Made by a program: the position numbers and the translations under genes
From: an uncultured Candidatus Saccharibacteria bacterium
GTDB taxonomy: Bacteria; Patescibacteriota; Minisyncoccia; Phycocordibacterales; UBA9973
DNA length: 43,427 bases
Direction of reading: 5' to 3'
NCBI GenBank assembly: GCA_964638985.1
Contig: CAZXCD010000005.1
Coordinates: forward strand, 1 to 43,427
The notes under the pieces: generated by a model
Seen by the model: only the letters and a program-made list of their open reading frames with translations
The model's database searches: none
What the model was told of the DNA's origin: nothing
Part shown: one piece after another, positions 1-6,783 of the stretch
How the letters are laid out: every line of letters begins with the position of its first letter
How positions within the stretch are numbered: position 1 is the stretch's first letter

Positions 1-2
1 TG

Positions 3-73
3 TGCGGCCAGAGAGAATCGAACTCTCGTCTCATCCTTGGCAAGGACGTGTTCTACCACTAAACCATGACCGC
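3..73 (-). tRNA. tRNA-Gly (anticodon GCC)
   Basis: The reverse complement folds as a cloverleaf: acceptor GCGGTCA/TGGCCGC, anticodon loop TTGCCAA, T-arm GAGAG-TTCGATT-CTCTC. CCA is not encoded. Confidence 0.9.
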
Positions 74-168
74 GCGTTATTACTTAATAAATCTATTTTA
101 ACCCTTTAATTATATATTATATTTAACATATTGCAATTTTGTTTTTTAGCTTATAAAATAACGATATT

Positions 169-196
169 TTGATTATTTCTTTAAATAATGTATAAT
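169..196 (+). promoter_or_regulatory. sigma70-like promoter for tRNA-Arg
   Basis: TTGATT (169-174), 16-nt spacer, TATAAT (191-196), ending about 10 nt before the tRNA 5' end. Confidence 0.5.
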
Positions 197-206
197 TATT
201 CATACT

Positions 207-278
207 GCACCCGTAGTGAAATGGATATCACAACAGTCTTCGGAACTGTCGTTGGGGGTTCGAATCCCTCCGGGTGCA
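207..278 (+). tRNA. tRNA-Arg (anticodon TCG)
   Basis: Acceptor GCACCCG/CGGGTGC, D-stem GTGA/TCAC, anticodon loop CTTCGGA, T-arm GGGGG-TTCGAAT-CCCTC. Confidence 0.9.
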
Positions 279-343
279 CATAAGATTAGAAATCCAGTGT
301 GTCCAATAGTAATGCCTTATAAATTAAGCATTTTGTGCAAAAA

Positions 344-352
344 TGTGGATAA
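344..352 (-). promoter_or_regulatory. isolated perfect DnaA box (TGTGGATAA = TTATCCACA on the minus strand)
   Basis: Exact 9-mer match to the bacterial DnaA-box consensus, in the tRNA-Arg/yraN spacer. Confidence 0.4.
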
Positions 353-469
353 TTATGTTAGTAATGTTTATAAAGGACATATTTTAAAGTTGTCTTTTGG
401 GGCCGTTTTTGTGAAAAATACGTTGAAAAATAAGGATTTTATGATAAAAGACACTAAAATTTAGCCAAA

Positions 470-485
470 TGTTTCACGTGAAACA
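470..485. repeat. 16-nt perfect palindrome TGTTTCACGTGAAACA (copy 1 of the GTTTCNCGTGAAAC motif)
   Basis: Read directly from the sequence; perfectly self-complementary. Confidence 0.8.
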
Positions 486-496
486 ATATTAATGGT

Positions 497-510
497 GTTA
501 CACGTGTAAC
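497..510. repeat. 14-nt perfect palindrome GTTACACGTGTAAC (copy 2, variant)
   Basis: Read directly; lies 11 nt after copy 1. Confidence 0.75.
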
Positions 511-592
511 TTAAATAAAACCTGTCCCGTACTAAATTTTTGAGCAAAAAATATGACCACTATTATTAATAATTTAAAATTTTAGTACTGGG

Positions 593-1048
593 ATGCCCAA
601 AGTATTCACATCAAAAACACAAAAAATAGGGGAAATTGGAGAAAACATAGCGGTAAGGTTTCTCGTGAAACATGGTTTTTTAATATTAGAAAGAAATTAT
701 ACTAAAAAATGGGGAGAAATAGACATAGTTGCTGAAAAAGCCAACAAACTGTATTTTGTGGAAGTGAAAAGTGTTTCCCGTGAAACATTAAACACGTTCA
801 TTCCAAAATCTTATAATGATTCTGACGAGAGGTATCAGCACAGGCCAGAAGACAATATGCACCCCTGGAAACTAAAAAGATTATCAAGGACAATACAGAC
901 ATATCTTTTATCCAAAAGAATCCCCCTCGGCCATAGCCCTACGGGCGAGGCAGATGAAAAAGAGTGGCAGGTAGATCTGCTTGTTGTTTATCTGTGTCAA
1001 AAAGAAAAAAAAGCAAGAGTAAAAGTAGTCAGCGACATCATTTTATGA
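593..1048 (+). CDS. yraN: YraN/UPF0102 family endonuclease-like protein
   Basis: The N-terminal pattern GEIGENIAVRFLVKHGF..ILERNY...GEIDIVA....YFVEVKS is typical of the family. At 151 aa it is longer than I expect for this family. Confidence 0.7.
   Translation: MPKVFTSKTQKIGEIGENIAVRFLVKHGFLILERNYTKKWGEIDIVAEKANKLYFVEVKSVSRETLNTFIPKSYNDSDERYQHRPEDNMHPWKLKRLSRTIQTYLLSKRIPLGHSPTGEADEKEWQVDLLVVYLCQKEKKARVKVVSDIIL
658..671. repeat. GTTTCTCGTGAAAC (copy 3 of the palindromic motif, inside yraN)
   Basis: Read directly; one central mismatch from a perfect palindrome. Confidence 0.7.
772..787. repeat. TGTTTCCCGTGAAACA (copy 4 of the palindromic motif, inside yraN)
   Basis: Read directly; one central mismatch from a perfect palindrome. 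Confidence 0.7.
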
Positions 1049-1074
1049 TATACTCATTTAGTTTTTAGTTAGTC

Positions 1075-1145
1075 CGGGCCGTAGTATACCGGTAGTACAA
1101 GTGCTTTGGGAGCATTTAGACTGGGTTCAATTCCCAGCGGCCCGA
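1075..1145 (+). tRNA. tRNA-Pro (anticodon TGG)
   Basis: Acceptor CGGGCCG/CGGCCCG, anticodon loop TTTGGGA, T-arm CTGGG-TTCAATT-CCCAG. Confidence 0.9.
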
Positions 1146-1147
1146 CA

Positions 1148-2077
1148 ATGGTAAATAACATCTTTATCTTTACGGTAGCGCTGTTTATGGTAATAAAAGG
1201 CGCCACAATGGCCACGAAATACGCCGCTCAACTGGCGGAAAGTTTCAGGCTGTCCAAATATACCGTCGGATTCATCATCGTCGCTGTTATTTCCATTTTA
1301 CCCGAAACTTTCGTAGCTATAAATTCCGCCCTGGAGGGGATTCCTTCTTTCGGACTTGGTGTCCTTTTCGGTTCAAACGTGGCAGACCTAACTTTGATTT
1401 TTGCTCTGTTAATTTTATTTACGGGTAGGGGATTGAAAATTGAAAGTAAAATTCTTAAAAATTATAATATCTATCCGTTTTTACTTTTGTTACCGCTTGT
1501 ATTGGGGCTGGATGGATATTTCTCTCGTCTTGAAGGCATCGCGCTCATCATCGCCGGGGGAATATTTTATTATCTGGCTTTGAAAAATGGCGTTGATGGA
1601 GAAATTCCTATGAGCAAAAACACCAACTATCGTAGAAATTCGTTGATGCTGATTTTCAGTATGGCTATCTTGTTGGTGGGTTCGCACTTCACGGTATCCT
1701 CAGCGACATCGCTCGCTTATTACTTGGGAATAAGCCCGATACTGGTTGGAATGTTCATCGTGGGACTAGGAACCACTATGCCGGAATTTTTCTTTTCTCT
1801 AAAATCTGCGCGGGGAGATGACGATTCTCTGGCGGTCGGAGATATGCTGGGCACAGTCCTCGCGGATGCGACCATCGTGGTCGGAATCCTCGCTTTGGTA
1901 AATCCATTTTTCTTTCCACAAAAAATAATCTATGTGACTGGAATATTTATGGTAGTCGCCTCGTTTATTTTGTTCCGATTTATGCGTTCGGGCCGGACCA
2001 TTTCAAAAAAGGAGGGATACCTGCTCTTTATTTTCTGGCTGGTATTTGCTCTGGTGGAATTTATTGTGAATAAATAA
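1148..2077 (+). CDS. Ca2+/cation antiporter (CaCA, YrbG-like sodium:calcium exchanger family)
   Basis: Polytopic membrane protein with two alpha-repeat-like motifs (GSNVADLTLIFAL; GDMLGTVLADATIVVG). The start is moved to ATG 1148 because ORF-track codons 1106-1147 overlap tRNA-Pro. Confidence 0.75.
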   Translation: MVNNIFIFTVALFMVIKGATMATKYAAQLAESFRLSKYTVGFIIVAVISILPETFVAINSALEGIPSFGLGVLFGSNVADLTLIFALLILFTGRGLKIESKILKNYNIYPFLLLLPLVLGLDGYFSRLEGIALIIAGGIFYYLALKNGVDGEIPMSKNTNYRRNSLMLIFSMAILLVGSHFTVSSATSLAYYLGISPILVGMFIVGLGTTMPEFFFSLKSARGDDDSLAVGDMLGTVLADATIVVGILALVNPFFFPQKIIYVTGIFMVVASFILFRFMRSGRTISKKEGYLLFIFWLVFALVEFIVNK

Positions 2078-2101
2078 AGGGAAAACTTAAAATGAAATTG
2101 G

Positions 2102-2130
2102 TTGAAAAAATATAGAATAAAAGATATAGT
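2102..2130 (+). promoter_or_regulatory. sigma70-like promoter for tRNA-Gly(TCC)
   Basis: TTGAAA (2102-2107), 17-nt spacer, TATAGT (2125-2130), 12 nt before the tRNA start. Confidence 0.5.
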
Positions 2131-2142
2131 TAAAAAGCAAAA

Positions 2143-2213
2143 GCGGGATTAGTTTAATGGTAAAACGTCAGTTTTCCAAACTGAGGTTGGGAGTTCGATT
2201 CTCCCATCCCGCA
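2143..2213 (+). tRNA. tRNA-Gly (anticodon TCC)
   Basis: Acceptor GCGGGAT/ATCCCGC, anticodon loop TTTCCAA, T-arm GGGAG-TTCGATT-CTCCC. Confidence 0.9.
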
Positions 2214-2227
2214 CAAAAAATCTATCC

Positions 2228-2255
2228 TTGACAAAAGGCGTTTTAGTTGTAGTAT
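2228..2255 (+). promoter_or_regulatory. sigma70-like promoter of the high-GC micro-island
   Basis: Consensus TTGACA (2228-2233), 16-nt spacer, TAGTAT (2250-2255). Confidence 0.5.
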
Positions 2256-2278
2256 AAAAAACGAAAGGAGACCCGTTC

Positions 2279-2374
2279 TTGAAGTCAAACAAGTGGTTCC
2301 CGCTGGTGGTGTCGATAGTAAGCCTTCTGAGCGTACTCGTCATCACCGGACTGATGATCAACTACTACGGATAG
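2279..2374 (+). CDS. 31-aa single-pass membrane peptide (TTG start): MKSNKWFPLVVSIVSLLSVLVITGLMINYYG
   Basis: SD AAAGGAG lies 8 nt upstream. It has one clear hydrophobic helix. 23 of 30 third codon positions are G/C, against the AT-rich host. It is below the ORF-track size cutoff. Confidence 0.45.
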   Translation: MKSNKWFPLVVSIVSLLSVLVITGLMINYYG

Positions 2375-2387
2375 AAAGGGAGAACGT

Positions 2388-2561
2388 ATGGGATATCTCG
2401 GACTAAACGACTCGCCCACCCCAGAGGAACGGTGGGCTCCGGTAACGATGTTCGTGATCGTCGTCTTCCTCGCCGCAGCCGCGTATGGCACGTACGTTTC
2501 CCGACACGGGAACGCACCGGCCACCAAGGCCCCCGCGACAACCAGCGCGCCGGCCAAGTAA
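2388..2561 (+). CDS. 57-aa single-pass membrane protein: MGYLGLNDSPTPEERWAPVTMFVIVVFLAAAAYGTYVSRHGNAPATKAPATTSAPAK
   Basis: SD GGGAG lies 5 nt upstream of the ATG. It has one TM helix and an Ala/Pro/Thr-rich tail, with GC-rich codon usage. A terminator follows directly. Confidence 0.45.
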   Translation: MGYLGLNDSPTPEERWAPVTMFVIVVFLAAAAYGTYVSRHGNAPATKAPATTSAPAK

Positions 2562-2585
2562 GGGCCCAACGCGCGAACCGCCATC

Positions 2586-2623
2586 GGGGCGGGGAGTCGG
2601 TCTATCGACTTCCCGCCCCTTTT
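2586..2623 (+). terminator. rho-independent terminator
   Basis: 14-bp GC-rich stem GGGGCGGGGAGTCG/CGACTTCCCGCCCC (one G-U), 6-nt loop, then TTTT. The T-tract is present only on the plus strand. Confidence 0.7.
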
Positions 2624-2679
2624 CAATTTCTATCTAATTTTTTTTGCAAAATATTTCCATTTAATATACGATAAGAAAC

Positions 2680-3423
2680 ATGATTACTACTTATATTTAT
2701 TCTTTCATCAGCGTAATAATAGTGAGTTTGATTTCTTTGATTGGGGCTTTCGCGCTTTCCATCAGAGAAGACCTTTTGCGCAAATATATTTTTGTTTTTA
2801 TTTCTCTGGCCGTCGGCGCGCTCTTGGGAGACGCTTTCATTCACCTCATTCCTGAAGCATTTGAACATGTCGGCAATGCTACTCACGTGAGTTTGCTCAT
2901 AATAGTAGGGGTTTTAATCTTTTTTATAATGGAAAAGTTCCTGCACTGGCACCACCACGGCGAAGACACGGAAGAAGTCCATCCGGTGGGGAAGTTGATT
3001 CTTTTTTCCGATGGGGTACACAATTTTATAGATGGCGTCATCATCGGAGTGAGCTTCCTCGTAAGCGTACCCGTGGGCATAGCCACCACGATAGCCGTCA
3101 TTCTACACGAGATTCCGCAAGAAATAGGGGATTTCGCCGTTTTACTTCATTCCGGCTACACCAAATCACACGCACTCTTCCTCAACTTTCTTTCAGCCCT
3201 TTGCGCCATCTTGGGAATGATTTTGGCTTTTGTCTTGGGAGAAGCGGGAGAAGCTTTTAGTTTATGGATTCTACCCATTGCCGCCGGAGGATTCATCTAT
3301 GTTGCCGTCGCTGATTTGATACCCGAACTGCATAAAACAAAAAAGGCAAAGCATTCCGCTTTGCAAATTGTGGCTGTCATTGCTGGAGTCCTCGCGATGG
3401 TCGCCCTGCTTTATTTAGAATAA
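2680..3423 (+). CDS. zupT: ZIP family divalent metal (zinc) transporter, ZupT-like
   Basis: HEIPQEIGDF motif, His-rich loop HWHHHGEDTEEVH, about 8 TM segments. Confidence 0.8.
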   Translation: MITTYIYSFISVIIVSLISLIGAFALSIREDLLRKYIFVFISLAVGALLGDAFIHLIPEAFEHVGNATHVSLLIIVGVLIFFIMEKFLHWHHHGEDTEEVHPVGKLILFSDGVHNFIDGVIIGVSFLVSVPVGIATTIAVILHEIPQEIGDFAVLLHSGYTKSHALFLNFLSALCAILGMILAFVLGEAGEAFSLWILPIAAGGFIYVAVADLIPELHKTKKAKHSALQIVAVIAGVLAMVALLYLE

Positions 3424-3430
3424 AAATCTT

Positions 3431-4570
3431 TTATTGTTTCCAGGATTTATCTGCTCCGGGATTTTTCGCGCCGTAAACTTCAAAGTGTAGGTGAGCGCCG
3501 TTGCCTCCTTTGGCGGCCCTGACTCTTCCTGAATTTCCGACATAACCTATGACGTCTCCCTGAGAAACATTTTGTCCTGTTGTGCTTGCAAGTTTGGACA
3601 AGTGACTATAAAGGGTCCTCGTGCCGTTCGGATGTTGAATGATCACCATATTTCCGTAAGCGCCGTTCCACCCCATACGAGCCAAGGTGACTGTTCCTGA
3701 AGCGGCTGCGCGTATTGGTGTGCCTATCGGAGCAGCCAGGTCAACGGCATTCTTGCCATGCAACCCTTGGGTTTTAATATATCCGGGAACCGGGTTTATA
3801 AAATATCCGGCAATATTTTTCAATGGAGTTTTTGGAGCGCTTGAGGTGCTAGACTTTTTCGAGGTACTGGAGGCAACACTGCTTGATACTTCGGCCCCGG
3901 GAACGAAGATTTCTTCACCCACAGCAAGCTTACAGCCAGCTTCAATTCCGTTATAGTTGATTATATCTTTCACATCAACCTGATATTTATTGGCGATGCT
4001 TTGACAAGTCTGCCCTTTCTCTACCTTGTGTCCTTTACCGGAAATAGGGGGTATCAACAATACTTCTCCCGCCACAAGCTTGTCGGTTTTTACTCTTTCA
4101 TTCTCCCAAAGCACGGTATTTATAGAAACCTCATGAATATCGGCTATTCCAGACCAGGTATCCCCTGGACGAACCGTGTAAACAGTATAAAAATTTGCCT
4201 CATAATCTGATCCATCTACATCGTCAGTCCCCAGACTGGCAGTCGGGATTAGGGCGCTGTTGGAATCATCAAAAGCGATGGATGCGCTGGAATCAGAACC
4301 TATGGACGACAGGGAAACAGCCGAAGAAAGAGCGTTCTGGTTGTCTTGAAGGTTGGTGCTGTCTGGCTGGACTGGTTGAAGCATACTTGCACCAGACTCT
4401 GCATATACCTGGTCTCCAAAGATAGAGGAAAGGGAAGATAGGAAACTGGCCTCCACGTCGTGTGTTGGCACAAAAATAGCCCAGAATAACAGGGAATAGG
4501 TCAAAATAGACCTTAATATTTTACTAGCTGTTTTTTTTGTGGGTTTTATAAAACAAACTAAATGTCGCAA
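3431..4570 (-). CDS. secreted LysM-domain M23 family peptidoglycan metalloendopeptidase
   Basis: N-terminal signal-anchor. Two LysM repeats (YTVRPGDTWSGIA.., HKVEKGQTCQSIANKY..). M23 signatures GNMVIIQHPNG..TLYSHL and HLHFEV. Confidence 0.85.
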   Translation of the reverse strand: MRHLVCFIKPTKKTASKILRSILTYSLLFWAIFVPTHDVEASFLSSLSSIFGDQVYAESGASMLQPVQPDSTNLQDNQNALSSAVSLSSIGSDSSASIAFDDSNSALIPTASLGTDDVDGSDYEANFYTVYTVRPGDTWSGIADIHEVSINTVLWENERVKTDKLVAGEVLLIPPISGKGHKVEKGQTCQSIANKYQVDVKDIINYNGIEAGCKLAVGEEIFVPGAEVSSSVASSTSKKSSTSSAPKTPLKNIAGYFINPVPGYIKTQGLHGKNAVDLAAPIGTPIRAAASGTVTLARMGWNGAYGNMVIIQHPNGTRTLYSHLSKLASTTGQNVSQGDVIGYVGNSGRVRAAKGGNGAHLHFEVYGAKNPGADKSWKQ

Positions 4571-4769
4571 GATTTCCTTTTCTAGCCCAAATTAACTAAT
4601 GAAAATAAGGCTAGAATCACAGGACGACCAATAGGTTCTGCAAACAAAAGGTTCTCACGATGGTTACTGTCTTCTCTATCTTCCGGTCAGTTCGCGCCCA
4701 ACTTCTATCCAGGACTACAAAAACAGAATAGCTCAAAAATGGTCAAAAGTCAATTTGGGAAGGGAGGTC

Positions 4770-4778
4770 TGTGGATAA
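4770..4778 (-). promoter_or_regulatory. isolated perfect DnaA box (TGTGGATAA)
   Basis: Exact 9-mer in the 272-nt divergent spacer between the M23 peptidase and PP2C genes. Confidence 0.35.
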
Positions 4779-4842
4779 CTAATTAGGGGTTAAAATTAGT
4801 CTAAAAATATAAAAAGTCATATAATAGAACCAATAAAAAAAC

Positions 4843-5874
4843 ATGAAAGAAGGAATGCTAAACACAATAAAGGGAAAACTGGAACGATTAATCAAATCTC
4901 CGAACAAGATAGAGCAGAAAAAAGAATTACACTTAAAATGCGTGTCAGATACTAAAGCAAATGAAAAACACCCAAAAAGGAACGGGGATTCTTTCTTGGT
5001 TAATGAACAAGAAAGGGCAGCTGCTGTATTTGACGGATTAAGTGAACCCTATGGAGATGAGATAGCGTCGAGAACATGTAAGCAATATGCCTCTGACAAT
5101 TTGCCTAGGATTAAAAATGGAATGAGCGTCAGAGAAGCCTTAAATATCTTAAAAAAGATATTTATTGAGGCAGATGAAGTCGTCGCTCAGTCTGAAGAAC
5201 TAGCAGAAGAGAGAGAGTTTTTGCAATCCATGGGTGAAATTCGTGGACACAATAAACCAGGAACGACAGCAACTTTGTTTAAAATACATACTGACAGTGA
5301 TGGTGAAAATTGGGGATTGGTTGCCACTGTAGGTAATAGTAGGTTATACAAAATTGAAGAAAAGGGAAACTTAACCCAAATAACTGAAGATGACGATTAT
5401 TTAGTTATGATGTATCCGGACGAAAACGAACGGGCTCGTGTATCCAGAAAAATTTCAAATGTTAAACAAGTAAAGGAACTCGACGCAAACGAACAACTAT
5501 TTCTAAAAGAAAAGAGCCATGTACTGACCATGACAATAGGAGGCAAAGACGCCGACCCTTCTGTGCATAATTTTAAAATAAAAAAAGGTGATCGTTTTCT
5601 TTTACTTACAGATGGAATTCACAGCAATCTAACCACTGACGAGATAGAACAAATAATAAAAGAATCAAAAACTATTGAAGAAGCAAAGAAAAAACTTATG
5701 GAAAAAGCGCTTTTACATAGTCGACCCGGAAGTGGCGGAGGAATTCGCACTCACCCAGACGATATGACCGTAGTAATAGTCGAAGTAGAAGCAAAAAATC
5801 CGGAAACTGCGAAAGAGGCGGAAGAAAAAAGAGTGGAAAATATACGAGAAAAACTACGCCAGGCTTTGGGGTAA
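4843..5874 (+). CDS. PP2C/PPM-family Ser/Thr protein phosphatase-like protein
   Basis: PPM-like blocks: AAVFDGLSEPYGDE, GTTATLF, VGNSRLY, LLLTDGIHSNL, DDMTVVIVEV. It has a Lys/Glu-rich C-terminal tail. Confidence 0.65.
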   Translation: MKEGMLNTIKGKLERLIKSPNKIEQKKELHLKCVSDTKANEKHPKRNGDSFLVNEQERAAAVFDGLSEPYGDEIASRTCKQYASDNLPRIKNGMSVREALNILKKIFIEADEVVAQSEELAEEREFLQSMGEIRGHNKPGTTATLFKIHTDSDGENWGLVATVGNSRLYKIEEKGNLTQITEDDDYLVMMYPDENERARVSRKISNVKQVKELDANEQLFLKEKSHVLTMTIGGKDADPSVHNFKIKKGDRFLLLTDGIHSNLTTDEIEQIIKESKTIEEAKKKLMEKALLHSRPGSGGGIRTHPDDMTVVIVEVEAKNPETAKEAEEKRVENIREKLRQALG

Positions 5875-5910
5875 ATATAAATTTATAGGGTGTTATAATG
5901 AAACAACATT

Positions 5911-6756
5911 ATGGGAGAAACAAAAATAAAAACATCGGAACAAGAGAGTTTATCTACGGAACGATTGCTTGGATTTGATAAAATAACTAGAAAGTATTTT
6001 AGCGTTTTAGACAATATGGAGAAAGCATTGTTCGGAAACGATAATACAATCACCAAAGAAATCATAGAGAAATTAACAAAAGAAAATACAGGAATGTATG
6101 AAAAACTGGAACCATACGCTGATATGGGCACCAAGTATTTGGAATTTAAAAAAATTATCGCCACCAAAATACGTCGCATAAACAGATTAATTGAAGAAAG
6201 AAAAATAAAAAATGGAAAAGAGTCACCCGTAGACATCACGGCCCCAAAAGCTATCCAAAACGAACCAAGACAAGAATCGGAAATAGAATTACCTAAATTA
6301 AAAAAATTTGTTGACGGTTTAATTGATGAAGAACTGGCTAAAATAAATGTAGGGCTGGAAAAAATTGAAAATAAGAACGACCCGAGAATGATTGAATTTT
6401 TAAATAATAAAAAAACATTATTAGAAACTAACCCTATTGAATATTTTACGAGAGAAAAAGAGAAAAACCAGATTCAATTAGACGACATTGTTAATAATAA
6501 AACATATACAAAGGAGCAAAAAGAGGACAGGGGAGATATATTGAAATATAAAATGAAAGAGTTACATAGAGCAATCATTGGACTGAAAGAACTCTCCGGC
6601 AAAAAAAGGACAACTCGGGCTGAGATGTTAAAAGAAAAAATAACAGCACAAATAGATGCTGGAGAAAAGAAATCAGAGCCTGATGTGATGAAAGAACCAT
6701 TACCAAAACCTGAAAAAAATAAATCCTGGTGGAAAAAATTATTTTCCAAAAATTAA
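5911..6756 (+). CDS. hypothetical Lys/Glu-rich coiled-coil protein
   Basis: Long ORF co-directional with its neighbours; no recognisable motif. Confidence 0.5.
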   Translation: MGETKIKTSEQESLSTERLLGFDKITRKYFSVLDNMEKALFGNDNTITKEIIEKLTKENTGMYEKLEPYADMGTKYLEFKKIIATKIRRINRLIEERKIKNGKESPVDITAPKAIQNEPRQESEIELPKLKKFVDGLIDEELAKINVGLEKIENKNDPRMIEFLNNKKTLLETNPIEYFTREKEKNQIQLDDIVNNKTYTKEQKEDRGDILKYKMKELHRAIIGLKELSGKKRTTRAEMLKEKITAQIDAGEKKSEPDVMKEPLPKPEKNKSWWKKLFSKN

Positions 6757-6783
6757 TCTCAAATTCTGTGCTATATTTGATTA

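Noticed and set aside
216-464. 82-aa ORF from the six-frame track
   Set aside because: Its first 63 nt are the body of tRNA-Arg (207-278). The rest is AT-rich spacer with no coding signal.
921-950. Possible hairpin-element insert in yraN (..RIPLGHSPTGEADEKE..)
   Set aside because: It is only an imperfect 8-bp stem (CCTCGGCC/GGGCGAGG) with no similarity to the four repeat families. This is too weak to call.
1106-1147. N-terminal 14 codons of ORF 1106-2077
   Set aside because: They overlap tRNA-Pro (1075-1145). The start was moved to ATG 1148.
2285-2626. 113-aa minus-strand ORF across the high-GC island (and the plus-strand ORF 2432-2674)
   Set aside because: High GC keeps several frames open. 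The minus ORF would start inside the terminator hairpin and has no promoter or SD. The plus-strand reading instead gives a promoter, two SD-led TM peptides and a plus-strand-specific T-tract terminator. ORF 2432-2674 runs through that terminator.
2881-2892. Palindrome ACTCACGTGAGT inside the ZIP transporter gene as a fifth CACGTG-centred site
   Set aside because: Its arms differ from the GTTTC/GAAAC arms of the yraN cluster, and a single 12-mer palindrome in 43 kb is compatible with chance.
4571-4842. A riboswitch (e.g. a c-di-AMP/ydaO-type leader) upstream of the LysM-M23 peptidase
   Set aside because: I could not find the conserved core motifs of that class or any convincing multi-helix fold, only a weak CTAGCC/GGCTAG hairpin. 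The region is left as an unassigned long spacer.
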